A DNA stretch of 64,000 bases from the NCBI GenBank assembly GCA_977017645.1, contig CDRNVU010000116.1:868001-932000 (forward strand). Reading direction: 5' to 3'. A model generated the notes under the pieces. That model did not search any database. It saw only the letters and a program-made list of their open reading frames with translations, and was not told the DNA's origin. This DNA is from Torpedo marmorata. Taxonomy: Eukaryota. The position numbers and the translations under genes were made by a program. This document shows, in pieces, positions 25,478 to 37,851 of this stretch (position 1 is its first letter; the number at the start of each line of letters is the position of its first letter).

Positions 25478-25603
25478 GCCAGAAACTCTGAAGTACGAAC
25501 AAATGCTGCAGTTCTCTTTGTTGAAGCGTTTCCCATTCGAGACCCCACACTAACCAATGAAGATATAAACATTGCAATGCAAAAGCAATTTGAGGAAATT
25601 TTT
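25478..25603 (+). CDS. NCAPG2: NCAPG2 internal coding exon (2 of 9)
   Basis: ttcaaAG|...|GTAAGT, 126 nt; ARNSEVRTNAAVLFVEAFPIRDPTLTNEDINIAMQKQFEEIF. Confidence 0.96.
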
Positions 25604-25669
25604 GTAAGTAGAGTTAATCATTTTAATCCAGAATAATATCAATATGAAATATCAGTCTGCAGAGTTCTT

Positions 25670-25930
25670 AATTTTAATTTTAGAGATGCAGCACAGTAAC
25701 AGGCCATTTTGGCCCAGGAGCCTCTTGTGTGACCAATAAATGTACTCGCCTTGTATGTGTTTGGAACGTGAGAGGAAACTGGAGCACCTGGGAAAACCCA
25801 TGCACACACTGGGAGAACGTACAAACTCCTTACAGACAGCCCCAGATTCGAACCCAGATTGCTAGCCCTGTAATAGAGTTGTGCTCGCCACTACACTGAC
25901 CGTGCTATCCATTATACTAACTGTGCCACC
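25670..25930 (-). mobile_element. V-SINE (HE1-like)
   Basis: tRNA head (GGTTCGAATC), V-domain and CR1-like tail on minus strand. Confidence 0.85.
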
Positions 25931-26686
25931 CTTCGTTCTGCTCCCATCTCTTAGTAGAAATTAAATGAGGAAAAACCTGCAACAATTCCTTATAAAATAT
26001 TCCTGCTGTTATCCTATTTTCCTGGCAGTTCCTAAAATTGATGCGAATTTAACACTGGGAAGTGTGAGGTGTTGCATTTTGGGATGTCTAATATTGATGT
26101 GATCTGGGGAGTGTTGTAGAGCAGAGGGATCTAGGAGTACCTTGAAAGCGGCCTCATGAGTAGATAGGGAGGTCAAAAAGACTTTTGGTGCATTGGCCTT
26201 CAGAGTGTTGAATATAGATGTTGGGAGGTCATGTTGCAGTTGTACACGACGTTGGTGAGGTCCCATTTGGAGGATTATGTTCAGTTTTGAGCATAAATAT
26301 TATAGCACTGTACAGGCCCTTTGGCCCATGAAGTGCCAATCTATGTAAATCTACTCCACAACAATCTAATCTCTCCATACCTCATACCCATAACCCTCTA
26401 TTTTTTCTTGCATCCATGTCTTTGAAATGTCCTTATTGTACCAACCTTTACCCCTACACCTGGCAATGCATTCCAGCCACCCACCACTCCGTGTATATAA
26501 AAAAAAAAACCAAAAAAACTTGCCTCTGACATCTTCCCTAAACTTTCCTCCACTCACATTTAAATTGATATCCTCTGGCCTTTGCTGTTGTTAACCCAGA
26601 AAAAAGGTACTGGCTGTCCATCCTATCTATGCCCCTCATAATCATATACACCTCTATTAAGTCACCTCTCATCTTTGGTTGCTGTT

Positions 26687-26943
26687 GGATGGCACGGTTA
26701 GCATAGCGGTTAGCATAGCGGTTAGTGTGACGCTATTACAGCGGCAGCGACCCGGGTTCGAATCCGGCACTGTCTAAGGAGTTTGTACCTTCTCCCCGTG
26801 CCTGCATGGGTTTCTCCCGGGTGCTCCAGTTTCCTCCCATCCTCCAAAACGTACAGGGCTGTAGGCTAATTTGGTTGTAATTGGGCAGCATGGGTTTAAA
26901 TGGCTGCAATCAACTTCTACCGTGATATAAATTAAAAAAAAAG
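26687..26943 (+). mobile_element. V-SINE (HE1-like), full length
   Basis: A-box TAGCATAGCGG (duplicated), B-box GGTTCGAATCC, V-domain, A-tail. Confidence 0.88.
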
Positions 26944-27170
26944 CCAACTCTCATCCTTCGTTGCTCCAAATTGTGGTCACTGTGCTGCAGGAAAGATGTT
27001 GTCAAGCTGAAGAGAGTGCAGAGAAGATTTACAAGGATGTTGTCAGGCCTGCGGCTTAAGCTGCAGGGTAAGGTTGAGCAGGCCAGAGCTTTATTCCTTG
27101 GAGCTCAGGAGGTTGAGGGGTCATCTTATCGAGGTGTATAAAATCATGAGAGGAATTGATTGGGTGAATG

Positions 27171-27548
27171 TGGCGCCGTCGTGTACTTACGTGGGCCGGG
27201 AGTAGAGCCGGTCGCCGCTGTTGATGTATCTGGGGCAACGCATGAGAGAGGTAATGTGCATGCGTGAGCTGGTCACCACTGGTGATGCATCTGGGGTAAT
27301 GCGCATGCGTGGGCTGGAACGGGGAGTGCGAACAGCGTGGTGGCCCATGCGCAGGGTCGCATGAGGAGGAGATTAGGAGTGTCGTTGTCACTTGCTTGGC
27401 GGAAAAGGGCAGGGGCTTTGGTGAGAGGTATTTTCTGGGAAGAAGGGGTTGTTGTTTTTGAAAATAAGGTCGACGCCATTTTTTTTGTGCTGAAAAAAGT
27501 GTGTGTTTTCTTTTAATTGTGTGCATAGCGTTTAACTTATTCTCTACA
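27171..27548 (+). repeat. 5' LTR of CsRn1-like element
   Basis: Diverged direct repeat of 32740-33156. Confidence 0.88.
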
Positions 27549-29449
27549 AATGGTGACTCCGTTGGTTCACTACACCTTCTAAGTAAAAATGGAAAGGCAT
27601 GAGGATAAAACCATTACGGGGACAGTCGGGGAGGTCGAACTTGAAGTTCCCTCCCTTTTTACAAACAACGTGCAGGCATGGTTCTCGATCCTCAAGGCAC
27701 GTTTCTCCTCACTAAATGTGACGAGTCAGAAGACAAAATTCGGTTTCCTTGTGGCGCGATTCCCAGAGCAGATTGTGTGTGAAGTGGAAGATGTTCCAGT
27801 TAATCCAGCCGACAACTTCCCATACGACATCCTAAAGGCTGCTATTTTGGAGCGAACTTAGCCGTCCCAAGAATCTCATATAGCGAAACTGCTAGGCGAC
27901 GACAGCCTCAGCGACACGAGGCCGTCACAGATGCTGAGAAGATGGCACAGGCTGGCTGGCTGGAGAAGAGCCTATTGAAGGGGAAGTATGGAAACAGAGA
28001 TTCCTCCACTGTTTGCCTCCTCGAATTCAAGGGCACCTTGTAATAGTCTTTCGGATGTCCACCCTAGACGAATTAGCGAGACATGCCGACCTCATTATGG
28101 CCACGACCTCTGCAATGCAGCTTGAGGCATTCACAACTGCCCCCAGTCAGCAGGAGAAAACTGAGCTGGAGCAACAAGTGGTATCGCTCAGTACGCAATT
28201 TGAGCAGCAAATGGCAGCACTCAGTGCGCAAGTCCAGGCTTCAGCCACCCAACGGAATTACCCCAGTTTCCAGCCTAGTTGGAATTGTGTGGGTCAGGAA
28301 CGCAGCAGAAGCGATGGACGGTGTCTTTGTTGGAAGTACCAGAAATTTGGCGCTGCAGCCTGGTCGCGCCAGCCATCTTGCGACTTCAACAAACGATAAC
28401 CGGGAAACGACGAGGCCCGGCAGTAGAGGCAACTGCTACTCATGGGCGATTCAGCCATCGTCTTTTCCTCAAAGGCCGTTTTTCGGGTGGTTCTGGTGCA
28501 GAAATTTCTGTGGTCCCTCCAACTCCTCAAGAGCACGGACACCCAAATACATCATGTGTTCTGTCCGCTGCAAACAATTCTCATATTCAGATATATGGCC
28601 AGAGGTCACTCACACTGGAGTTCGGTCTCAGTAAGCCGTTTCGGTGCGTTTTCACGGTCGTGAAAGTAGGGAATTCCATCATGGGAGCGGATTTTCTGTC
28701 ACACTTTTCCCTGCTGGTGCGCTTGAAGAATTGCTGTGTAGTGGACCGCAGCTTATGCAAGTGAGCTACATTTGTCGTCCCTCGAGGGTCGTCACCCACC
28801 TGACAAGTCTCTAATCTAGTACCTGCCCCTTCCGAGGGTTGTTCAAGCGTTTTTCTCACTTTTTAACACTGTTATATCGACGCAGGGAGATCAAACAAGC
28901 AGTAATCCACCTCAAAGACACCTGTGGTCCTCCTGTTGCAGCTCGTGCTTGTAGATTGCCCCCGGATCGTTTTAAGATTGCAAAAGCTGAGTTCAAGCAC
29001 ATGCAGGAGCTGGGAATAATTCGCAGATCTGACAGCTGTTGGGCATCGCGGCTGCATATGGTCCTGAAGAAGTCTCCGGGGATTGGCAGCCGCAGGGTGA
29101 TTACCATGCACTTTACAATGCCATCATCCCCGATCGATACAACATTCCAAATTTACAGGATCAATCCAACTAAATGCGTTTTTGGTGCCGCTGAGCTTAC
29201 ATTTTTACGACATAAAGTTACGAAGAACGGCATCTTGCCAGAAGAAATAAAGGTATGTGAAATTTGAGATTTTCATACTCCCGTTACGTTCGGCTAGTTA
29301 CAGCGTTTTCTAGGATGATGAATTTCTGCGCCGTTTCTTGCCAAATGCGGCCGTGTCTCTCTTACCCCTTACTGACCAACTCAAAGGGTCAGATAAATCA
29401 GCTTCTAACAGACCATTGTATTTGGGCAAAGATGCTTTCAACAATGTAA

Positions 29450-31030
29450 AGACTTTAGAAAGTTGGAAGGATTTACCTATAACTTTAATAGGAAGGGTAA
29501 ATTGTATTAAAATGAATGTTTTTCCAAGAATTCAATATCTTTTTCAATCAATTCCTTATGAAATTCCTCAAAAATTCTCTTAAAGATTTAAATTTAATTA
29601 TTAGGAAATTTTTGTGGAAAGGAAAGTTGGCTAGAGTAGGTATGGAGAAATTAACCTGGAATTATGAAATGGGTGGTTTACAACTTCCCAATTTTCAAAA
29701 TTATTATAAAGCTGCTCAATTAAAATTTATTAATGAAATATTTGATTTAGGAAAATCTTCTGCTTGGATTAGAATAGAATTAAATAATATAGGAGAAGAT
29801 TTGAAAGAAGAAGTTATTTATAAATGGAATTCTAAATTATTATTAACAGCAGGGAAAAACTCTCCTATTTTTAAACATTTGTTAGAAATATGGAATAGAG
29901 TGGATAGGGAGATAGGAGAGAAAGGATTAATTTCTCGAAAAATGCCTTTATATCAAAATAAACTTATTCCATTTACTATTGATTATCAATTATTTAAAAT
30001 TTGGTTCCAAAAGGGAATTAAGAAAATAAATGATTGTTTTGAAGCTAGTAAATTTATTACTTTTCAAAGAATGAAAGAAAAGTTTAATGTATTAAACAAT
30101 ACACTTTTTGCTTATTATCAAATTAGAGCATTTTTAGTTGAAAGGTTGGGCTATAGTTTGACTTACCAAGACAAAGTGAACTGGAATTATTAGTTCCTAA
30201 TGGAGGTGTAAATAAATTTATTTCTCAAATGAAAAGATTGTTACAGAGAAAATTGCCTAAATTGGGAATTCATAAATCAAGATTAAAATGGGAATCAGAT
30301 CTGAATGTAACAATAGACGAAGAACATTGGAAAGAATTATGTAAACAAAGTATGACGAAGATTATTAACGTTAGATATAGACTAGTGCAATATAATTTTT
30401 TTCATCAATTATATTTAACTCCTAAAAAATTAAAGAAATTTAATCTGACATTATCTGGTTTATGTTTTAGATGTAATAGAGAGGTAGGTTCTTTTGTACA
30501 TTCTACATGGCTTTGTCCAAAGATATATGATTTTTGGTTGAAAGTTAAAAAGTTTTTAGACAAAGTATTAAGAATTACACTCCCAATTGATCCTATGATA
30601 TTTTTGTTTGGAGATATTAAAAGAATTAGTATTAAGATGAAATTAAATATGTATCAAATAGAATTTTTGCGAATTGCTTTAGATGTTTCTAAGAAATGCA
30701 TTGCTATTACATGGAAATCTGATGTAGATTTAGGGTTAGAAAGATGGCATGCAGAACTTCGTTCAGCTATACCACTTGAAAAAATTACTTATAATTTACG
30801 TAATAAATATCATTTCTTTTTGAAAATATGGAGCCCATATATAAAAACTGTTGGTTTAAGGATTTGAATATCTCTGGATATCAGATCTGACTGGCGAACC
30901 TATCTTCCACAATAAAATCAGTTTATAGTTGTTCTTTTTTAGATTGACATTCTCCTTACTTTATCTTTTTCTATCTTTCTTTCTTTCTTTTCTATTTTAG
31001 TAGATTAGTAGGGGTGGGAGGGTTAGGGAT
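29450..31030 (+). mobile_element. L1 fragment (AT-rich family) inside Gypsy pol, lacking poly(A) and TSD
   Basis: Highly similar to 19529-20900; ends in the G-tract GGGGTGGGAGGGTTAGGG. Confidence 0.9.
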
Positions 31031-32739
31031 GGATGCCTTCATCAAGTGCCGTGGGAGCGGTGTTAGAAAGTCGGTGGGAGGTTGGAGCCTCTTGCGTTCT
31101 TTTCAGCCAAGCTGTCACCTGCTCAGGCGCAATACAGCACGTTCGGGTGAGAACTACTAGCCATCTACCTCGCAGTGAGGCACTTCCGTTTTTTGGTGGA
31201 AGGTCGCCCTTTTATCATTGTACGGACCACCAACTTCTTAAACATACTGCGCGAACAAGCATACAACCACTACCCACCATGTGAAGTTCAGCACTTGGAT
31301 TTCATCCAACAGTTTTCCTTGGACATACGGCATATCCAAGGGAAGACGAATGCAGTGGCCAACGCTCTATCCAGGAGAGTCGTAGAGGACTTACACTTGA
31401 CGACTACCATCGATTTCACTGCCATGACTTGCGCATGACACACTGATCCCGATCTCATCCGGTACCGTCAGATCAACACAGCTCTCCACTTAAAAGACGT
31501 TCACCTGGATGACTTGGATGAAACACTAGCTTGCGACTTTTCCACTGGTAGACCCAGGCCTTTTGTACCCGTGACAATGCGGCGGGAGGTTTTCAGTGCC
31601 GTCCATAACCTGTCTCATCCAGGCAGGAGAGCATCGGTCAGGTTGATTACGGAGCGATTTACCTGGCCTCGCATTAAGCGGGATGTCGGATTATGGGCAA
31701 GGACCTGCTTGCCGTATCAGCGTTCTAAAGTCTTACGACACACGAAATCCAGACTTGGAGATTTTCCTGTTCCAGATTCTCGTTTCAATCACGTGCACCT
31801 GGAGTTAGTCGGTCTGCTCCCACCAGCAAGAGGATACACTTATCTACTCACGTGTGAGGACCGAACTAAGAGGTGGCAGGAGGCCATTCCTGTCACCAAC
31901 ATCTCTGCGGAGACTGTTGCTCGGGCCTTCGATGATCTTTGGATTCCGACTTTTGGTGTCCCAGGTACCATTTTGACGGACCAAGGGTCTCTGTTTGAGT
32001 TGGCACTGTTCCGAGCTCTCACTGATCTTTTGGGCACCACCCGCATTCGGACTACGGCCTACCATTCAACGGCCTTGTTGAGCGTTTCCACCGCCAATTG
32101 AAAGCAGCATTGACAGCGGGTGGCGATGCGTCTCCATGGAGTGAACCTTTGCCCATGGTCCTCCTTGGCGTGCACACTGCTGTAAAAGCGGACCTTGGTT
32201 GTTCAGCTGCAGAACTTGTATATGGCACCACACTGACTCTACCTGGTGAATTTGTTGATACATGTACAGTGACGGCGCTGTATGAACCATCCAATTATGT
32301 CGACCTTCTAGGGAAGAGCATGTGATTGCTCAGACCAACACCTACGTGACATGCGTCAACTGCAGTGTATGTGGATGATTTACAACATTGCACACGTGTT
32401 CGTTCGACATGACGCTGTTTGCCGACCACTCCAGCCTGTTTATGACGGCCCTTATGAGTTCATACAACGCCACCCAAAACCTTTGTGATCTGGCAGAATG
32501 GGAAGGCTGACTCTGTCTCCATTTACCGTGTGAAGCCAGCGTATATCAACGATCCGCTTTCTTCGTCACTGCCAATAACGAAGAAACAGCTGGAACCCTG
32601 CCAGTTGGATCATCCAACCCCCACCTTGTAGTACCGGACTAAATCGGGCCGGAATGTCAACCCTCCAGACTGTTACATGGTGGGACAGATCCAGTCAGTC
32701 GCTCCTCGCATGACTCGGAGGCTGAGCGGGGGGGAAGGC

Positions 32740-33156
32740 TGTCGAGGTCGCGTACTTATGTGGGCCGGGAGTAGAGCCGGTTGCTGCTAGTGATGTATCC
32801 GGGACAACACGCGTGTGAGAGAGGTAGCGCGCATGTGTGAGCCGGTTGCTGCTTGTGATGCATCTGGGGCGACACGTGAGAGAGGTAACACGCATGCGCG
32901 GGCCGGAACGGGGAGAGCGAACAGTGTGGTGGTTCATGTGCAGTGTCGCATGAGGAGGAGATTAGGAGCGTCGCGGTCACCTGCGTGGCGGAGAGCCAAT
33001 GGAAAAGGGAAAGGGGTTTTGGTGAGAGGTGTTTTCTGGGAAGAAGGTGGTGTTGTTTTTGAAAATATAAAGGTCCACGTCATTTTTTTTGTGCTGAAGA
33101 AAGAGTAAGTATGTTCTTTTAATTGTGTGCATAGTGTTTAACTTACAGTCTCTACA
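32740..33156 (+). repeat. 3' LTR of CsRn1-like element
   Basis: Follows the PPT; ends TCTCTACA followed by the AATG TSD. Confidence 0.88.
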
Positions 33157-33312
33157 AATGCACTAACTAGTCTTTTGCCCAGTGCAGGAAATCAATAATC
33201 AGAGGACTTGTGGGTGGAGGGGGGAGAGATTTGTAGAGATTTAAATGGAACTTAAGGAGTATTTTTTCTTACACAGAGGGTGGTGGGTGTTTGGAATGAG
33301 CTGCTGGAGGAG

Positions 33313-33555
33313 GTAAAAAACACAAATGCTGGAGAAACTCAGCAGGTCAAACAGTGTCTTTTATGTAGCAAAGGTAGAAATACATAACCGACGTTTCTGG
33401 CTTGAGCCCTTCATCAAAGTCCGAAGCTCAAGCCCGAAACGTCGGTTATGTATTTCTACCTTTGCTACATAAAAGACACTGTTTGACCTGCTGAGTTTCT
33501 CCAGCATTTGTGTTTTTTACTTCAACCACGGTGTCCACAGATTTTCGTGTTTTAC
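33313..33555. mobile_element. Penelope-like pLTR palindrome with minimal hammerhead motif
   Basis: 95-bp inverted arms 33313-33407 and 33426-33520 (1 mismatch); minus strand TTGATGAAGGGCTCAAGCCAGAAACGTC. Confidence 0.8.
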
Positions 33556-33671
33556 TGCTGTTTTGATCTGGTGACACCTGAATCTTCATGCTGTGCACCA
33601 CTAGAATGAAACAATTTTGTTCTGAACATTTTCAATGTATTTATTAACTTGTGATTCAATTGCTTGTATAG

Positions 33672-33851
33672 AATCTTTTAGAGGATCCTCAACCCCTGGT
33701 TCGTTCCACGGGTGTGCTTGGTGCATGCAGAATTGCTGCAAAGTACTGGGAGATGATACGACCTTCCATCCTCACTGACCTCCTAACAAAAATGCTATGT
33801 GACCTTTCAGCTGACACAAGCTCTGCTGATGTTCGTTGTTCTGTCTTTAAG
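33672..33851 (+). CDS. NCAPG2: NCAPG2 internal coding exon (3 of 9)
   Basis: gtatAG|...|GTAAGA, 180 nt; NLLEDPQPLVRSTGVLGACRIAAKYWEMIRPSILTDLLTKMLCDLSADTSSADVRCSVFK. Confidence 0.96.
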
Positions 33852-33921
33852 GTAAGAAGCCATTTTCTATCAATGTTTATTTTGACTTCTTCATTCATCT
33901 CGTGTCAGTACTGTTGCTAAA

Positions 33922-34100
33922 AAGAGAAACACAAAAGCTGTAGATGCTGGAACCAAAGACTTGCTGGAGGAACTCAGCAGGTCGGACAACATCCATAGCA
34001 AGAAATAGTCTGTCAACGTTTTGAGTCAAAACCCTTTATCAAGACTAAGATAAAAAGTAAAATCACATATATAAAGGGGGAAAGAAGCTGTGGGAGGGAC
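33922..34100 (-). mobile_element. Penelope-like pLTR fragment
   Basis: GCTGGAGGAACTCAGCAGGTC and degenerate hammerhead (minus strand TTGATAAAGGGTTTTGACTCAAAACGTT). Confidence 0.6.
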
Positions 34101-34111
34101 AGAAGATTTAC

Positions 34112-35440
34112 ATTTTTTCCTTTTTCAATATTTTTATTGTTTTATAAGCAAATCGTACATAGGTAATAAGAATAAGTATCCAACAAAATAGATATACTAT
34201 TGCATATGGCTGCAAATAACCTGTGATACATTGAAAAAGAAAAAAAGACACAACATGTAAAATTTATACTAATAATCTAACCCCTCCCTTGTGAAGTTAT
34301 TGGTTGAACATATGTGTTCCACTACTGTAAAAGGGAAAACAACCAAACCACAAAACGGGATCTAAGTAATCTTATAAATCATGAAAATAATTAAGAAAAG
34401 GACCCCATAAACTTATAAAGTTAAAGTTCATTTCATTAGTAGAACATCTAATTTTTTCCAAAGTCAGACATGCCATCACATCAGATAGCCATTAAATATG
34501 AGTAGGAGGGACAGCATCTTTCCATCTCATTAATATAGCTCTTCTAGCGATAAGGAGAGCAAAGGCAACTACACGGGATTGTAGCCCAGACAAATTCAAG
34601 CCAGTTGGTTTACTTGTTCCAAACAGGGCAAGAAAAGGATTAGGAGTCAAATTAATATTAAGAACTAAAGATAAGGTACGAAAAATACTTTCCCAATAAA
34701 TGGAAAGAGAAGAACTTGACCAAAACATATGAAACAATGTACCTTCTTCAATCTTACATTTGTCACATTTTGAAGAAATATTAGAATAGAATATAGCCAA
34801 TTGAACTTTGGAGAAGTGAGCTTGATGTACTACTTTAAATTGTAATAATGAGCGTCGGGCACATAGGGAAGATGAATTTACCAATTTCAAAATAGAGTCC
34901 CATGTAACATCAGAAAATAATTGTTGAAAGTCTTGCTCCCATAATTTCTTAATCTTGTCCAGGGAATTACCACTAGACAACAATGACTCATAAAGAACTG
35001 ATATCAACTTTTTAATGATTCGATTTAAAATTATAAATCTTCTTTATCATATTTAATTCCAGATCTTGAGGGAGTCTCAATACCAAGGAATTCAAAAAGA
35101 TCCTAATCTGTAAATATCTAAAAAAAAATGATTTTTTAAATTTTAAATTTAGACATACAGTACGGTTACAGGCCATTTCGGCCCACGAGCCCTTGCCGCC
35201 CAATTACACCCAATTAACCTACAACCCCTGGTATATTTTGAATGGTGGGAGGAAGCTAGAGCCCCCGGAGGAAACCCACCGAGACATGGGGAGAACGTAC
35301 AAACATTACATGCTCTTTTTATGTAGTGCAAAAATTTTGTATTTACATTTTTGTCAAGTGTTGACTTTATTTTTCTTTAAAACTGCTTGTTTTGATAAAT
35401 GTAGCATGCTGTATTTGCTAATGAATAAACTATCAAAATT
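34112..35440 (-). mobile_element. L1 3' fragment interrupted by a SINE
   Basis: ORF 34492-35007 (LLQFKVVHQAH...CDKC...HMFWS...IARRAILMRWK); AATAAA and A-rich tail near 34115-34140. Confidence 0.85.
35135..35305 (-). mobile_element. V-SINE, 5'-truncated
   Basis: V-domain and TTTAAA tail. Confidence 0.8.
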
Positions 35441-35584
35441 GACCTGTTCATCCCTTCTTTAGTCTCCTTAAATTTGAATTTTAAAAGTACTGCCCGAGAA
35501 TCCGGAAAATCCAAAAATCCGGACCGACCCAATCCCCGAGCAGTCCAGATTTTAGGACTTCTACAGTAGATGGTAATCAGGAGG

Positions 35585-35838
35585 AATTTAAAATTCAATT
35601 TAGACATACAGCACGGTAACAGGCCCTTTAGACCCACAAGCCCGTGCCGCCCAATTACACCCAATTGACCTCCAACCCCGGTTTGCTTTGAAGGGTGGGA
35701 GGAAACCGGAGCCCCCGGGGAAAACCCACGCAGACATGGGGAGAACGTACAAACTCCTTACATACAACCTGGGATTCGAACCCCGGTCCCGATTGCTGGC
35801 GCTATAACAGCGTTGTGCTAGCCGCTATGCCAACCGTG
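35585..35838 (-). mobile_element. V-SINE, full length
   Basis: Head CACGGTTGGCATAGCGG...GGTTCGAATCC, V-domain, tail. Confidence 0.88.
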
Positions 35839-35839
35839 A

Positions 35840-37060
35840 GAGGTGAAGAAACATTAAGGGAGGGGCAAGAAGAAAAGTTAGAGAAAGAGTGGAAAATGAG
35901 TACAGAGTAGGAAAAGAAGAGATGTAAGCAATGGAATCAGATGGGAGTAGGGTTTACAAAATTAGAGAACTCTATGCTGTTAGGTTTAAGGCTGTCCAGG
36001 AGGAATATGGTATGTTGTTTCTCAGGGTTACATTTAAGCTCACTCTGACAATGGATGAGGCCGAGGACAGACATGTCATTGTACGAATGGTTGGGGAAAT
36101 TAAAATGGTTATCTACAGGAAGTTAAAATTTCGCCCTACAAACAGAGAGTAGGTGTTCGGTTAAGCAGTTACGCAATCTGTGTTTGGCCTCACCAATATA
36201 GAGAAAGGTACACTGAATGCGCTAGATTAGGTTGGATGATGTACACCAGCTCTGCTTCACTTAGGAGGTCTGTCTGTGGCCATGGATGGAGGTGAAGGAG
36301 GCAACATGTTTTGCACTTTTTTTTGTGGTTACAGTGGGAAGTGCTGCAGGGGGTGGAAGGGTGGGTCAGGAGGAAATAGTATATTAGGGAATACCTGACA
36401 AAGGGCCCAGACCTGAAACGTTCGTTGCCCTTTGCTTTCTATGGATGCTGCATGAGCACATTTGTTTATTGCACTCGACCCCAACATCTGCAGACATTCT
36501 TGTTTAAATGGATTAAGGAGCCTCAGAGAACCTTATCCCAACGAAATGTGGAAAGGGGTGGAGAGGGGAAGATGTGACTGGTCGTGGGATCGCTGAATTT
36601 GGCGGAAGTGTTGGTGTGTCAGGTGCGGAGGCAAAACTGGTCCCTACATCTCTCACCTCCATCTAGGCCACAAACAGAGGCAGAGCTTTACATTGTCCAA
36701 CCTAACGTACATTCAATGTACCTGGTGTGGCCTCCTCTACGTTGGTGACACAAAACGCAGATTGGGTGACCACTTCACCAAACACCTACGCTCTATTTGG
36801 CTTCCTGTAGCCAATCATTTTCTCTCTAAATTTTCTTCCCCTCCCTTCTCCCTAATAGTTTCTCCCTCTACCTGTCTCTTCACCTCTCAAATCTTCTATC
36901 ACCTCAAGGACCATTCCCCCAGTTTCTTTCCCCCTTTATATATGTAATTTTACTATTATCTTGGCCTTGATAAGGGGCTTTAACTCAATATTTCCTAATT
37001 ATTTCTACCCATGGATGTTGTCTGACCTGAATTCCTCCAGTAATTCCTTGATTTTCATCA
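35840..37060. mobile_element. Penelope-like element remnants (GIY-YIG endonuclease fragments in both orientations plus pLTR pieces)
   Basis: + strand IQCTWCGLLYVGDTKRRLGDHFTKH...PVANHF at 36693-36820; antisense homolog ~35960-36330; hammerhead-like motifs at 36394 and 36966. Confidence 0.7.
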
Positions 37061-37524
37061 TCCTTGGTGCAGACAGCAATCTTCTGGAGTGTGATTTGTG
37101 CCTTAGCAAACTAGTTAATAATGCACAAGGACTAGTTTTTGTGTCATCCACTTCCCAATTACTTTTGGCATAGCTTTTGCCTAAATCTAGGCACAAACAA
37201 ATATTTTGGCTTGGTTTATGCACATCATTTAATTTAGGGGATCTGTAAGGAAGCTTCAGGACAGCAATTTATATGAGCATTCAATTATATGTCTATTTAC
37301 CATGTTTCAACCTTCAGTGAATGCATATATTTTGCGAATTTCTTCAATGTTGATATTTGATGCATCTTTACAGGGTGGTAGTAAATCCAGATGTTTCTCA
37401 ATCTCTTATGTAAAAACAGAATATGTTTGAAATACTCACTGGTTCTTGTGCATAAATAGTTAATTTTTTAGGTCGGTGGCTGCTGAATTATTTCAAACTG
37501 ATGAAAGGTCATTGACCTGAGATA

Positions 37525-37841
37525 CAGTGAAACTCCGTTATAACGCGTTCGTTGGGGTCCATAAAATCTCATCGTGAAAAAATCGGGGTCACGCTAAATC
37601 GGGGTTTCACTGTATTTCCCTGTTTAATTTGCATACCTACATCATTTCCATTTCTCCTTTATTTGGAACATCCCAGTTATTCTGTATGCATTTTAAATTA
37701 ATCCAGGAGCCCGTCGCCCCCGCTCCTGCCGGGAGCCCGACGCCCGGGTGGACGGCGCAGGCTGATCAGCAGGTCCAATGTCTCATCGCATTATATCCGA
37801 ATTCGCGTTAAGTCGGGGCGCGTAAAATCGGGGTTTCACTG
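37525..37841. mobile_element. Tigger-like MITE
   Basis: TA|CAGTGAAACTCCG ... CGGGGTTTCACTG|TA, with an extra internal right-TIR copy ending at 37612. Confidence 0.75.
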
Positions 37842-37851
37842 TATGTATTTA

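Larger units (their letters stand above)
27171..33156 (+). mobile_element. Ty3/Gypsy LTR retrotransposon, CsRn1-like, degenerate, RT core deleted
   Basis: LTRs 27171-27548 and 32740-33156 (TG...CA), TSD AATG, PBS TGGTGACTCCG, PPT GAGCGGGGGGGAAGGC, gag, PR (GAEISV), RT ends, RNase H, IN (HNLSHPG, TDQG). Confidence 0.9.
26030..33312 (+). mobile_element. CR1 3' fragment split by insertions (26030-26290, ~26970-27170, 33157-33312), with an antisense CR1 tail at 26295-26680
   Basis: CR1 phrases GTGAGGTGTTGCATTTTGG, AGAGTGCAGAGAAGATTTACAAGGATG, ACACAGAGGGTGGTGGG in collinear order. Confidence 0.7.

Noticed and set aside
26687-26770. tRNA gene
   Set aside because: The A/B boxes belong to a V-SINE head followed by the V-domain and tail; no complete cloverleaf
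31020-31028. Interstitial telomeric repeat GGGTTAGGG
   Set aside because: A single unit within the L1 3' UTR G-tract, also present in the copy near 55700
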